A DNA stretch of 33,567 nt from Rhodothermales bacterium (GTDB taxonomy: Bacteria > Bacteroidota > Rhodothermia > Rhodothermales > VXPQ01): the NCBI GenBank assembly GCA_040904565.1, contig JBBDTI010000011.1:25452-59018 (forward strand), in the 5' to 3' direction. Each line of letters opens with the position of its first letter. The stretch's first letter is position 1. The position numbers and the translations under genes were made by a program. Positions 19,129 to 27,297 of this stretch are shown piece after piece. The notes beneath the pieces are model-generated. The model was not told the DNA's origin. It did not search any database and saw only the letters and a program-made list of their open reading frames with translations.

Positions 19129-20394
19129 CTAATAGTTTGACGATGCATCGCCTTGAATCTGGCGAACGACCTCCTTGATGGCCTGAACTACCAGGTCGGG
19201 ATTCTCGCGATGCACGTATTGCCCACTGTCGTCCGCTGCAAAGTGGCGAGCGCCCTCAATGGAAGAGGCCAATTCCTCGTGCATGCGAAGCTTTGCCTCG
19301 ATCCCTTCAGAAGATTCTCCGGGCCATCTCACCGTGTCCGGCACGCGCGTCGAGGATACGACGATCGCCGGGACGTCCGGTAGCGTGTCCATGCCGTCCA
19401 GCCGGCCCTCTTCCAGTAATTGGGCGTACAGCTCAAATTCCGAACGGACGGGATCGGGAGCCATATCGAACAGCGCCGACCTCTGACTCCAGTACGTATC
19501 CCAACCATCGGGATCCAGCGTACTCCACCACTCGCCTTCTTCGGGATGGACGGGCTCCACGAACACGAGCCCTTCGACGACATCGGGATAGGCTGACGCA
19601 AACGCCGTGGCGAAGGCCGTACCGAAGGCATGCCCCACCACCACGTACGGAGGCGGCAACTCCGCCCGCCGGAGCAGCGCCCGCAGCTCCGAAGCGCTCT
19701 GCGGAAGGGACTTGGATGCTCCGCTCTCGTCTGTATACCCTATCCCCGCTCGAGAATAGGACACGACGCGAGCAAACTCCTTTACGTCGTCAGCGACGTA
19801 ATCCCACGTGCGCAGGTCGTCGCCGACGTCCGAGATCAGAACGACGGTTACGTTGCCGGCACCCTGCACCAGGGCGTTAAGCTCATAGCCTCCGACATCG
19901 TACATCTCACCGCGCGGTCCGTCCAACTCATCGAGTGCACGGCGCGCGGCCCACTTTTCTGCTTCCAGCCGCTGCCGCTCCTCTTCCGCGCGCATCTCGT
20001 CAAGTATCTCATTTACGTGCATGTGGGGCGGCACCATCACGAACGGTCCCGTATTGCCGTCACCGTCCCGGCACAAGCCGCGGTAGACGCCTTCCTCGTC
20101 CGGGTTTACCTCACAATCGACCCGCATGATGGGGGCCCACCAGAACCGGAGCACATCATCTACAAAGTGTATGTCTTGAAATTCAAATTCGCCCTCGTGC
20201 GTCTCGATCTCCATGACGACGTCCAGCTCGTCACCGTCGCCCGTCACCTCCAGCGTGGAAAGCAGCGGTCCGCCTCCGGGTGGCGTGACGAACCCTGTCC
20301 ATTCTCCCGTAGGTATGGGTTGAGCCTTCAAGCTCGAAGTGGCTACAAGACTTGCCGTCAGGAGCGACAAGACGGCACAATACAGCGTTTTCAT
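19129..20394 (-). CDS. Secreted alpha/beta-hydrolase-fold protein with an extra N-terminal domain; catalytic residues appear substituted
   Basis: Signal peptide; RVVSYSRAGIGY, PPYVVVGHAFG, YPDVVEGLVFVEP, SGQYVHRENPDLV align by eye with the Abhydrolase pattern GHSxGG...SGHY. Confidence 0.8.
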   Translation of the reverse strand: MKTLYCAVLSLLTASLVATSSLKAQPIPTGEWTGFVTPPGGGPLLSTLEVTGDGDELDVVMEIETHEGEFEFQDIHFVDDVLRFWWAPIMRVDCEVNPDEEGVYRGLCRDGDGNTGPFVMVPPHMHVNEILDEMRAEEERQRLEAEKWAARRALDELDGPRGEMYDVGGYELNALVQGAGNVTVVLISDVGDDLRTWDYVADDVKEFARVVSYSRAGIGYTDESGASKSLPQSASELRALLRRAELPPPYVVVGHAFGTAFATAFASAYPDVVEGLVFVEPVHPEEGEWWSTLDPDGWDTYWSQRSALFDMAPDPVRSEFELYAQLLEEGRLDGMDTLPDVPAIVVSSTRVPDTVRWPGESSEGIEAKLRMHEELASSIEGARHFAADDSGQYVHRENPDLVVQAIKEVVRQIQGDASSNY

Positions 20395-20438
20395 GACTGT
20401 TTCTGCGTTACGGATTTACGAAAAGTGGACAACTGACG

Positions 20439-21698
20439 TCAGGACCCCTGGTTGGTGGACACTTGCTGAAGCTGGTTGAGATAAACCCGTGCTTGCTGAT
20501 TTGACGGGTCCAGATCGAGCACATTCTCCCAGGCATCACGCGCGGCCGCGTACTGGCCCGAGTTACCGTAGGCCACCCCCAGGTTCAGCCACGCGTTAAC
20601 CCGCTCAGAATCCGCGTTGAGTATCGACCGATACAACGCGATGGCACCCTCCAGGTCTCCGCTTTCCATCATGACCGTCGCCAGATTCGTCTGCAGCTCG
20701 AGATCCTGCGGTATCATGGCCACGGCATTGCGGAATGCGTCGACGGCACGCTCGTACATGCCTGCGTTTCGATGGGCGTCTCCGAGACGAATCCAGTTCT
20801 CGATGTCGTCGGGATCTCTGTTGATGGCCTCGGTCGCCTCATTAATCTGTTGCTGCACCTGCTGGGCCGTATCGGCCTGAGCCAGATACTTCCGCGCAGC
20901 ATCCTCCTCACCCATCTGCATCAGCGCCTGCCCGAGATTATACTGGGCACCGTGATGCCACGGCCTTTCTTCGGCAACCGGTTTCAAGTAATTGACCGCT
21001 TCCTGGACACGGCCCGTTCTGAATAGCTGTGACCCGATGATATACTTGTAATCGAAATTCTGGGGCCTGAGCTCGGATCCCTTTCTGGAATACTCCAGCG
21101 CTTCGTCGAACTCGCCGAGTTCCTCGTGTAGCTGTCCAAGCCACATATACGCTGTTGCATTCGTGCTGTCCAGCTCGATCGATTCCTCATACGCCATACG
21201 CGCTGAATCCGGGATTCCGAGTCTCGAGTACGCTCGGCCCATCTCCAGATAAAGCGCGGAATTTGGATTCACGGCCTCCTCTCGCTGAAACGCCTCGATG
21301 GCGGCGCGAAGTGCACCCTGCCTAACGAGATTGACGCCCATGTTCATGTGTGCCCCCGGATATTCCGGGTCAGCTTCCAGCGCAGCTTCGTATTCGTCGT
21401 CAGAAGCCCCGTATCTCCGCATCTCTGCATATATGCACCCGCGCAAGAAGTGAATATCTGCGAAATCCGCCACATACTGTTCCGCGCTGTCCGTCATCGC
21501 CAGCGCGGCCCGGTAGTTCCCAGCACGAAAGGCGGCCTCACCTTCAAGTAAGAACTGCTGTACCTTCGGGTCGAGATCCATACGCTGTCTCTCGGTGACC
21601 GTCAGATCCCGATCCCCGTTCGAACACCCGGCGATGAGTAGGCTCACACACAGCAGGCACCCGGAAACGGCGGCGACCCAGCTAAAGATATACCTCAT
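20439..21698 (-). CDS. Tetratricopeptide-repeat lipoprotein
   Basis: Lipobox IAGC; many TPR units (AHMNMGVNL, AYMWLGQLHEELGEFDEA, AQYNLGQAL, AWLNLGVAYGNSGQYAAARDAWENVLDLDP). Confidence 0.92.
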   Translation of the reverse strand: MRYIFSWVAAVSGCLLCVSLLIAGCSNGDRDLTVTERQRMDLDPKVQQFLLEGEAAFRAGNYRAALAMTDSAEQYVADFADIHFLRGCIYAEMRRYGASDDEYEAALEADPEYPGAHMNMGVNLVRQGALRAAIEAFQREEAVNPNSALYLEMGRAYSRLGIPDSARMAYEESIELDSTNATAYMWLGQLHEELGEFDEALEYSRKGSELRPQNFDYKYIIGSQLFRTGRVQEAVNYLKPVAEERPWHHGAQYNLGQALMQMGEEDAARKYLAQADTAQQVQQQINEATEAINRDPDDIENWIRLGDAHRNAGMYERAVDAFRNAVAMIPQDLELQTNLATVMMESGDLEGAIALYRSILNADSERVNAWLNLGVAYGNSGQYAAARDAWENVLDLDPSNQQARVYLNQLQQVSTNQGS

Positions 21699-21941
21699 AG
21701 TTCGTGGCGGTATCTGATTGCTCTAGAAACGTCGATCGTCCGGACTTCCGTCCGACGCATTCGTACTCTACGCACGTATGGCGTCTTAAACGGCGAGACG
21801 TTACCGGCGGTCGAAGCCGAGGGCGTCGGCTCGCCTCAGAGGGGAATGTAACTTCGGTCGTCTCCAGATGTACCCTTGTACTGAGGCAGCATCCGCAATT
21901 TACTCGCAGGATACCTAACGCACCATACAGTAAACCGCGCG

Positions 21942-23660
21942 TTACGACGGGGATGTTTCAACACCGTTTGTCTTAGCCGATCGAAGCTCGCCGGTTCCTT
22001 CGATAAGCAGAACATCCTGATTCGCCTCGATCTCACCGAAACGCTCCACCAAACCGCTCGGCCAGAACACGATCAGCGAATCGACCGACTCAGCGTCTCC
22101 TAGCCCGAAGGTCACAGCCGATTCGGAGTGAGACAAATAGCTCGAACCCGCACGGACACGCCGCTCCAACGTAAGCGCACCCAGAACGGCGTGCACTTCC
22201 GTACCGTATCCACCCCGGTTACTTTCGCGCCCTTCTACGTGCACGCGGAGATACGAACCAGCCTCGGCATCGTTACGCCACAGATGCGCAGGCCCGTCAT
22301 TTTCCGTTATCAATACATCCAGGTCTCCGTCACGATCATAGTCACCGTACGCCGCACCGCGAGCCACGAGCTTCCTCGTAAACACCCCGCCCCCTGGATC
22401 CATTACGGCGAAAGTACCATCACCGTCATTCAAGAACAGTTGCGGCTCCTGGCGATACGCGATCCGATCGTTCTCGCCCGTTCGATCCGGATGCACGTGC
22501 CCATTCGCAATCAATAGATCCAGGTCGGTATCCAGATCCGCATCGAAAAGGAACATCCCAAACGTGAGTGAGAGCATGCTCGAATATCCGATCCGCGAGA
22601 CGGCCGACCGATCCCCGAACGACTCGCCGCCAAGGTAGCGATACACACCTACCATCTCTTCCGAGAAATTACCCACAAACAGCGTCACATTCCCCGAACT
22701 ATCCACAACCCCGGCATCGACCCCCATCCCCGCGCGCGCTTCACCGTGCTCCGAAAAGGCAAAGCCGCTCATAACACCGATATCCGTGAACGTGCCGTCC
22801 CCGTTGTTTCGAAAAAGAAGGTCCCCTTCGCCGTCGTTTACTACGGCCAGATCCGGCCACCCATCGTCGTTAAAGTCCAATTCCGCCACTCCCAGAGACA
22901 TCCCAAGCGTAGGCGCAAAGCCCGCATCTACCGTACGATCCGTAAACGTCCCGTCACCGTCGTTCACGTAGAAACGGCTCTGTACGCCCGTATAGATCGC
23001 GGGATGACAGTACAGCTTCTCGCTGCCGCCCGGTGGACAGAATATATCCGTCTCCGGTGACCAGTCAACGTAGTTCGCCACGTACAGATCGAGCAGACCG
23101 TCCAGATTCGCATCAAAAAAGATCGCGGAGCTGCTCCATAGATCGGATCCCGACACGCCGGCCTCATCCGTCACGTCACGAAACGCACCGCCGACGTTCT
23201 CGAAAAGTAGATTTCGGCGAAGCGTGGTCACGTACAGATCCAGATCGCCGTCGTTATCGTAATCCCCCGCCGTGACGCCTATCGTATACGCCGATACATC
23301 CCCCAGACCAGCCTCTTCGGTAATCTCCGTGAACGTACCGTCACCGTTATTACGATACAACCAGATCGCCTGAAGACGGTCGGATAAATCCGGGGCCCAG
23401 CTGCCGCCTCCAAGAAGGATTACGTCCAGCCAGCCGTCTCCGTCATAATCGATGAATCCGCCGCCCGATCCCATCTGTTCGGGGTACCACTTGTTACCGG
23501 CCGCCCCGTTGACGTGCCTAAATGAGCCGAATCCGACTTCCTGCGTCACGTCCGTAAATACAGGAAGCTGGGCATCGCTCTCGTCCGGTGCCTGCGAGGT
23601 CGGATTGGAACATCCGATCAAGCAGCAGACGAGGGCAATGCCCAGCTTATCCCTCAACAA
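21942..23660 (-). CDS. CRTAC1-family lipoprotein (FG-GAP + ASPIC/UnbV), copy 2
   Basis: Same DxDxDG repeats and UnbV C-terminus as copy 1; lipobox LIGC. The ORF-track start (23849) overlaps the upstream gene, so in-frame TTG 23660 (MLRDKLGIALVCCLIGC) is more plausible. Confidence 0.88.
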   Translation of the reverse strand: MLRDKLGIALVCCLIGCSNPTSQAPDESDAQLPVFTDVTQEVGFGSFRHVNGAAGNKWYPEQMGSGGGFIDYDGDGWLDVILLGGGSWAPDLSDRLQAIWLYRNNGDGTFTEITEEAGLGDVSAYTIGVTAGDYDNDGDLDLYVTTLRRNLLFENVGGAFRDVTDEAGVSGSDLWSSSAIFFDANLDGLLDLYVANYVDWSPETDIFCPPGGSEKLYCHPAIYTGVQSRFYVNDGDGTFTDRTVDAGFAPTLGMSLGVAELDFNDDGWPDLAVVNDGEGDLLFRNNGDGTFTDIGVMSGFAFSEHGEARAGMGVDAGVVDSSGNVTLFVGNFSEEMVGVYRYLGGESFGDRSAVSRIGYSSMLSLTFGMFLFDADLDTDLDLLIANGHVHPDRTGENDRIAYRQEPQLFLNDGDGTFAVMDPGGGVFTRKLVARGAAYGDYDRDGDLDVLITENDGPAHLWRNDAEAGSYLRVHVEGRESNRGGYGTEVHAVLGALTLERRVRAGSSYLSHSESAVTFGLGDAESVDSLIVFWPSGLVERFGEIEANQDVLLIEGTGELRSAKTNGVETSPS

Positions 23661-23679
23661 GAGACCGTATCGAATCAGC

Positions 23680-24762
23680 TTATAGCGAGACCTGAAGCCC
23701 GATGCGCTGCAGCTCACCGAAGAGACCGAAGTCCGTGTACGCATAATCTGCGCCAAAACCGATCCCCGAAAACTCATGGCTGATACCGGCCCCAAAACTA
23801 AAGCCTTCTTCTGAATCGTCACCGACGAACGCGGTTCCAAGACCGCCACGGACGGAAATCAGATTCATCAACGTATACTCCGCACCGACCTTAAGGTGCT
23901 CCGCGAAGTCACGTGGACGCTGAGCGTCGACAGAAACGTGCAGCGCATGCATGTTCGGATCCATGCTCGTCAGATCCATCACATTCATCGACATGCCGAT
24001 CTGGAACGTCAGCGGAAGTTCGAACCGCTCCCGCTCATAGATAAGCTCCTGCGAGAAGTTGCGCGTGCTCATCGCAATGGTCAGACTCTCGAATCCCGTG
24101 TTATACAGCACACCGAAGTCGACCGCCATCGTATTGATCGAATAGTCTCGGTACGACGCGTTTGTGCCGTCGGGAAGTGAAGTCCCCGATTCGGTCCGCG
24201 AAACGGCAAACGATCCAAGATCCTGAAGCGCGTACTTCACCTGCGCACCCATCGAGAACCGGTCCGTAAACGAACGGGCATATCCCAATCCGACCGCAAG
24301 GGCCGTCGGGCTGTAGGTGCCCACCTCGACAAACCCGGCCTCGTTACTCGCACGCACCGTCTCGAAGAAATCACCGTAATCGACATTCACGAATGAAATG
24401 CCGAACACGCCGTAGTTTCCACCGGACGGGCGGTAGGCCGCACTGGCATAATTATAGTTGATGTCGACAAGGTAGTCGATTGTACCGGCGCTCGCGCTGA
24501 AGTCGCTTGTCATGCGTGACATGCCGGCCGGATTGTAGAACAGGGCGTTCGATGAGGCCATCGGGGCTGACGTCACTGCGCCACCCATGCCGCTCGCCCG
24601 CGCATCTACCGACGTAGACAGGAATTTAAATCCCGTCTGCGCCCTCTTGTCGGTCGGCACTTCCGAATCAGGGCTCGGAATATTCGTCTGCGCGAATGCT
24701 GACGGGGCTAACAGCAGGCAAAGCGCTGCTATGAGCCAAGTAGTATAGAAACTCCGTTTCAT
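23680..24762 (-). CDS. PorV/PorQ-like (UPF0164) outer-membrane beta-barrel protein
   Basis: Signal peptide from ATG 24762 (MKRSFY...SAFA-Q); family signature FKFLSTSVDARASGMGGA...NALFYNPAG; amphipathic strands ending DYAYTDFGLFGELQRIGLQVSL. Confidence 0.85.
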   Translation of the reverse strand: MKRSFYTTWLIAALCLLLAPSAFAQTNIPSPDSEVPTDKRAQTGFKFLSTSVDARASGMGGAVTSAPMASSNALFYNPAGMSRMTSDFSASAGTIDYLVDINYNYASAAYRPSGGNYGVFGISFVNVDYGDFFETVRASNEAGFVEVGTYSPTALAVGLGYARSFTDRFSMGAQVKYALQDLGSFAVSRTESGTSLPDGTNASYRDYSINTMAVDFGVLYNTGFESLTIAMSTRNFSQELIYERERFELPLTFQIGMSMNVMDLTSMDPNMHALHVSVDAQRPRDFAEHLKVGAEYTLMNLISVRGGLGTAFVGDDSEEGFSFGAGISHEFSGIGFGADYAYTDFGLFGELQRIGLQVSL

Positions 24763-24824
24763 AATATGTCCGGGTTGAATTTGCATAGGGATAGTCATCT
24801 TGAAAGCCGCGATGCGGTGTAACA

Positions 24825-24849
24825 CGGGCCGCCCACAGCGGGCGGCCCG
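24825..24849. other. GC-rich intergenic stem-loop (10-bp perfect stem, 5-nt loop) without a U-tract
   Basis: CGGGCCGCCC-ACAGC-GGGCGGCCCG, 11 nt after the stop of the CTD protein gene. Confidence 0.75.
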
Positions 24850-24860
24850 CCACCTTTCAT

Positions 24861-27161
24861 CTATCGAATCACCGTGAACTTACGGAACACCCGATCGCCA
24901 TTCGGCTCCTCGATCACGGCTATATAAATGCCGCTCACGAGCAACTGGCGAGAGCTCGTGGTGAGATTCCATTTTTCGTCACCACTGCCATCCGTGTGTT
25001 CGATTGTCTCTACAAGTTCACCTATTTCCGTGTAGATCTTGATCGTGCACTCTCCCGGAATGTTGAAGAACGCTACCTCGTCCTCCTTCGTGAACCGGAT
25101 ACTCTGGTCGGAACCCAGATTCACCGGATTCGGAACGACGCGGGCGTCTTCAATGGTGCCGGTCGGGCCGTAGGGCGGTCGCTTAAGATTGACTGCCTGA
25201 TACGTTTGCGTGAAGTACCGGCTGCTGCGCAGAGCAACACCGCCGGGCGTACCGTTGATGGCATCCGGATCCACCGGATTTTCTTCACCGACCGCCGCAA
25301 GATAATAGTAGTAGTCGGTGCCACGGTTCACGCCCGTGTCAGTGAACGACGTCGCACCCGGCCCCAGTGCCGGTTGCAAGCAATCCGGACGAGCACCCGC
25401 CACGCAGGTGTAGGGCAACTCATCTTCCGTTCGCCGCAAACGAACGGTCGGATCCTCCAGTGCTTCCAGGAGGCTCATACCGCCCGAAGGCGATCGCACG
25501 TTATCCCAGGCCGGACTCCAGTAAGGATGTTTCACTGAGCGATAGACCTCCCAGCCTGCCCGCGCCGGACCACCTTCAAGCGGCTCCCACTCGAGTTCAA
25601 TCCCATCCGGCAATCCACGTACGTTGAACGTCCGCGGCGGGAGCGGCGGCTGAACTACAGGGTACTCCGTCAGGTCGTTTGACGCTTCATATACATCCCG
25701 GGCATTGCTCAGGATATTGAAGAGGGAATCACGGCCCGTCATAACCCACTGGTTCTTGGTCATCACCTCGTCACCGAGGTCATAGACGTCGTGGTAGGAG
25801 TACTCCTTGTCCTCGATGACGCCGTCATTGTTCGCGTCATACGCGATCATCATCTCATCGTCGGCACCGGACAACTTGTACTGACGGCCGATGTAGAGCT
25901 GGGCATCGAAATCGAGTGCACCCACGCCGCGTGCCACGACGACACGAACGCTCTCGCCGAATTCCATGTCGTACGGACCGAACCCGACCGTCACGGCATG
26001 ACCGCCCTGGCGACCCGAGCTGGGATCGTTGCTCGGATCCCAGAATTCACCGTCCGGCTCGATGCGATCAGCGTAGTGCGGCCACGTCCTCGAAGGCGAC
26101 ACCTCCGGTGTGCGGGTCTGACGCTCACGCGTCAGAATACCGTCCTCATAATACTCGCGATGCGAGGCTCCCAGTGCATTCAACTTCTCATCGGAGTCCA
26201 GGAACCCAATCGTGTGGGGCTGAACCATCATGTCGTAGGTCGGATCGTCCATTGAGTTCGGTGCATATAGCACGATCTCTCCGTCAAATCCACTCGTAAG
26301 CCGACCGACAGAATCACCGAGAGCAGCGTCGCAGCACTGTTCGAGCAGCGGGCCACCTAGGTTGTTCCATCGCGTAAATCCGGGCTCAAAACCCTTCCAG
26401 AGATAGTAGGCCGTGAAATCAACCGGATAATCCATGTGGCCGTCACCGACCACGTCATTCATAGCGTACTTACCCCAGACTTGACCGTTGTCACCCACGC
26501 GAGCGGCCTGATCGCTACCGCGCCAGCGGTGAATTACGTAAAAGAACGTCTCATTGAGCGTCTGACCCTCCAGCTCAATGTCCGGATCGTCATCGGTATT
26601 TCCGGAATTCGTGAACTGCCAGTCTACGATGTGATACTCATCGTGGAAAGGATTGCTAAAGGCGTAAGCCGTCATCTCGATGGTAACGCCGATATCCATA
26701 TTCCACACCGACCGGTGAACGCGGTCAGCCGGCAGGCTCGGATCCACCTCATCTACGACCGCGATTTTATCGAACGAAGCAACACCGTCGACATTGACCT
26801 CCGTATCTTCCCATTTGCTGATGAGCTGAGCCTCAACCGGAAACGCAAAGTCGACGCCCGTATCGCGGGGACCGATTTTCGACGTAAAGTACTCAAAGGT
26901 CTGACCGTCCGGATTGGTCCAGTTCTTCGCGCCGATCCAGAATCCTTCCGAACGCCCGTGCTCCGAGCGATTCTGAATGGCCGGATAGTCGTGGTCGTTG
27001 GACGATTCGTCGATCACGCCAACCTGTGAATATTTGTCCTGGAAATCTCCAATGTCGATCCAGGTGGATGTGAACTGTGCACTGGCACTGTCCGCGCTCA
27101 TCACGGCGAGCGCGAAAAGCAACGCAGTGCCCAGCACATATTTGTAGCAGGCTTTCATCAT
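24861..27161 (-). CDS. Secreted protein with an unknown N-terminal region, an FN3-like domain and a T9SS type-A-like C-terminal sorting domain
   Basis: Signal peptide (…SASA-Q); FN3-like PPRTFNVRGLPDGIELEWEP...WEVYRS...FTDTGVNRGTDYYYYLAAV; CTD VVPNP...FFNIPGECTIKIYTEIGELVETI...W...SGIYIAVI...RKFTVIR. Confidence 0.82.
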   Translation of the reverse strand: MMKACYKYVLGTALLFALAVMSADSASAQFTSTWIDIGDFQDKYSQVGVIDESSNDHDYPAIQNRSEHGRSEGFWIGAKNWTNPDGQTFEYFTSKIGPRDTGVDFAFPVEAQLISKWEDTEVNVDGVASFDKIAVVDEVDPSLPADRVHRSVWNMDIGVTIEMTAYAFSNPFHDEYHIVDWQFTNSGNTDDDPDIELEGQTLNETFFYVIHRWRGSDQAARVGDNGQVWGKYAMNDVVGDGHMDYPVDFTAYYLWKGFEPGFTRWNNLGGPLLEQCCDAALGDSVGRLTSGFDGEIVLYAPNSMDDPTYDMMVQPHTIGFLDSDEKLNALGASHREYYEDGILTRERQTRTPEVSPSRTWPHYADRIEPDGEFWDPSNDPSSGRQGGHAVTVGFGPYDMEFGESVRVVVARGVGALDFDAQLYIGRQYKLSGADDEMMIAYDANNDGVIEDKEYSYHDVYDLGDEVMTKNQWVMTGRDSLFNILSNARDVYEASNDLTEYPVVQPPLPPRTFNVRGLPDGIELEWEPLEGGPARAGWEVYRSVKHPYWSPAWDNVRSPSGGMSLLEALEDPTVRLRRTEDELPYTCVAGARPDCLQPALGPGATSFTDTGVNRGTDYYYYLAAVGEENPVDPDAINGTPGGVALRSSRYFTQTYQAVNLKRPPYGPTGTIEDARVVPNPVNLGSDQSIRFTKEDEVAFFNIPGECTIKIYTEIGELVETIEHTDGSGDEKWNLTTSSRQLLVSGIYIAVIEEPNGDRVFRKFTVIR

Positions 27162-27223
27162 GGTCTTCTCTAAAGGTGACATGGAATAACTACAGACGGC
27201 ACTTGATAGGGCAATTTGCCATT

Positions 27224-27272
27224 CCGACGTCGCGGCGGATGCGCCGTCTATCGACGCATCCGCCGACTTCGG
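27224..27272. other. Long intergenic stem-loop (11-bp perfect core 27233-27265, extendable) without a U-tract
   Basis: CGGCGGATGCG-N11-CGCATCCGCCG, flanked by CCGACGT / ACTTCGG; lies between the receptor and CTD protein genes. Confidence 0.75.
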
Positions 27273-27297
27273 TCAAGCTCAGGTCGGATAGCCCCAG

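Noticed and set aside
20439-21698. TPR lipoprotein as a SusD homologue
   Set aside because: It consists almost entirely of canonical TPR repeats, lacks recognisable SusD/RagB motifs, and does not directly follow a receptor gene.
21699-21941. 243-bp gap as a possible sRNA or small gene
   Set aside because: Only short 6-bp inverted repeats and no recognisable RNA family or credible ORF; cannot be supported without an Rfam search or expression data.
23661-23849. Apparent 170-bp overlap of CRTAC1 copy 2 with the PorV-like gene
   Set aside because: Artefact of longest-ORF calling; an in-frame TTG at 23660 gives a normal lipoprotein signal with no overlap.
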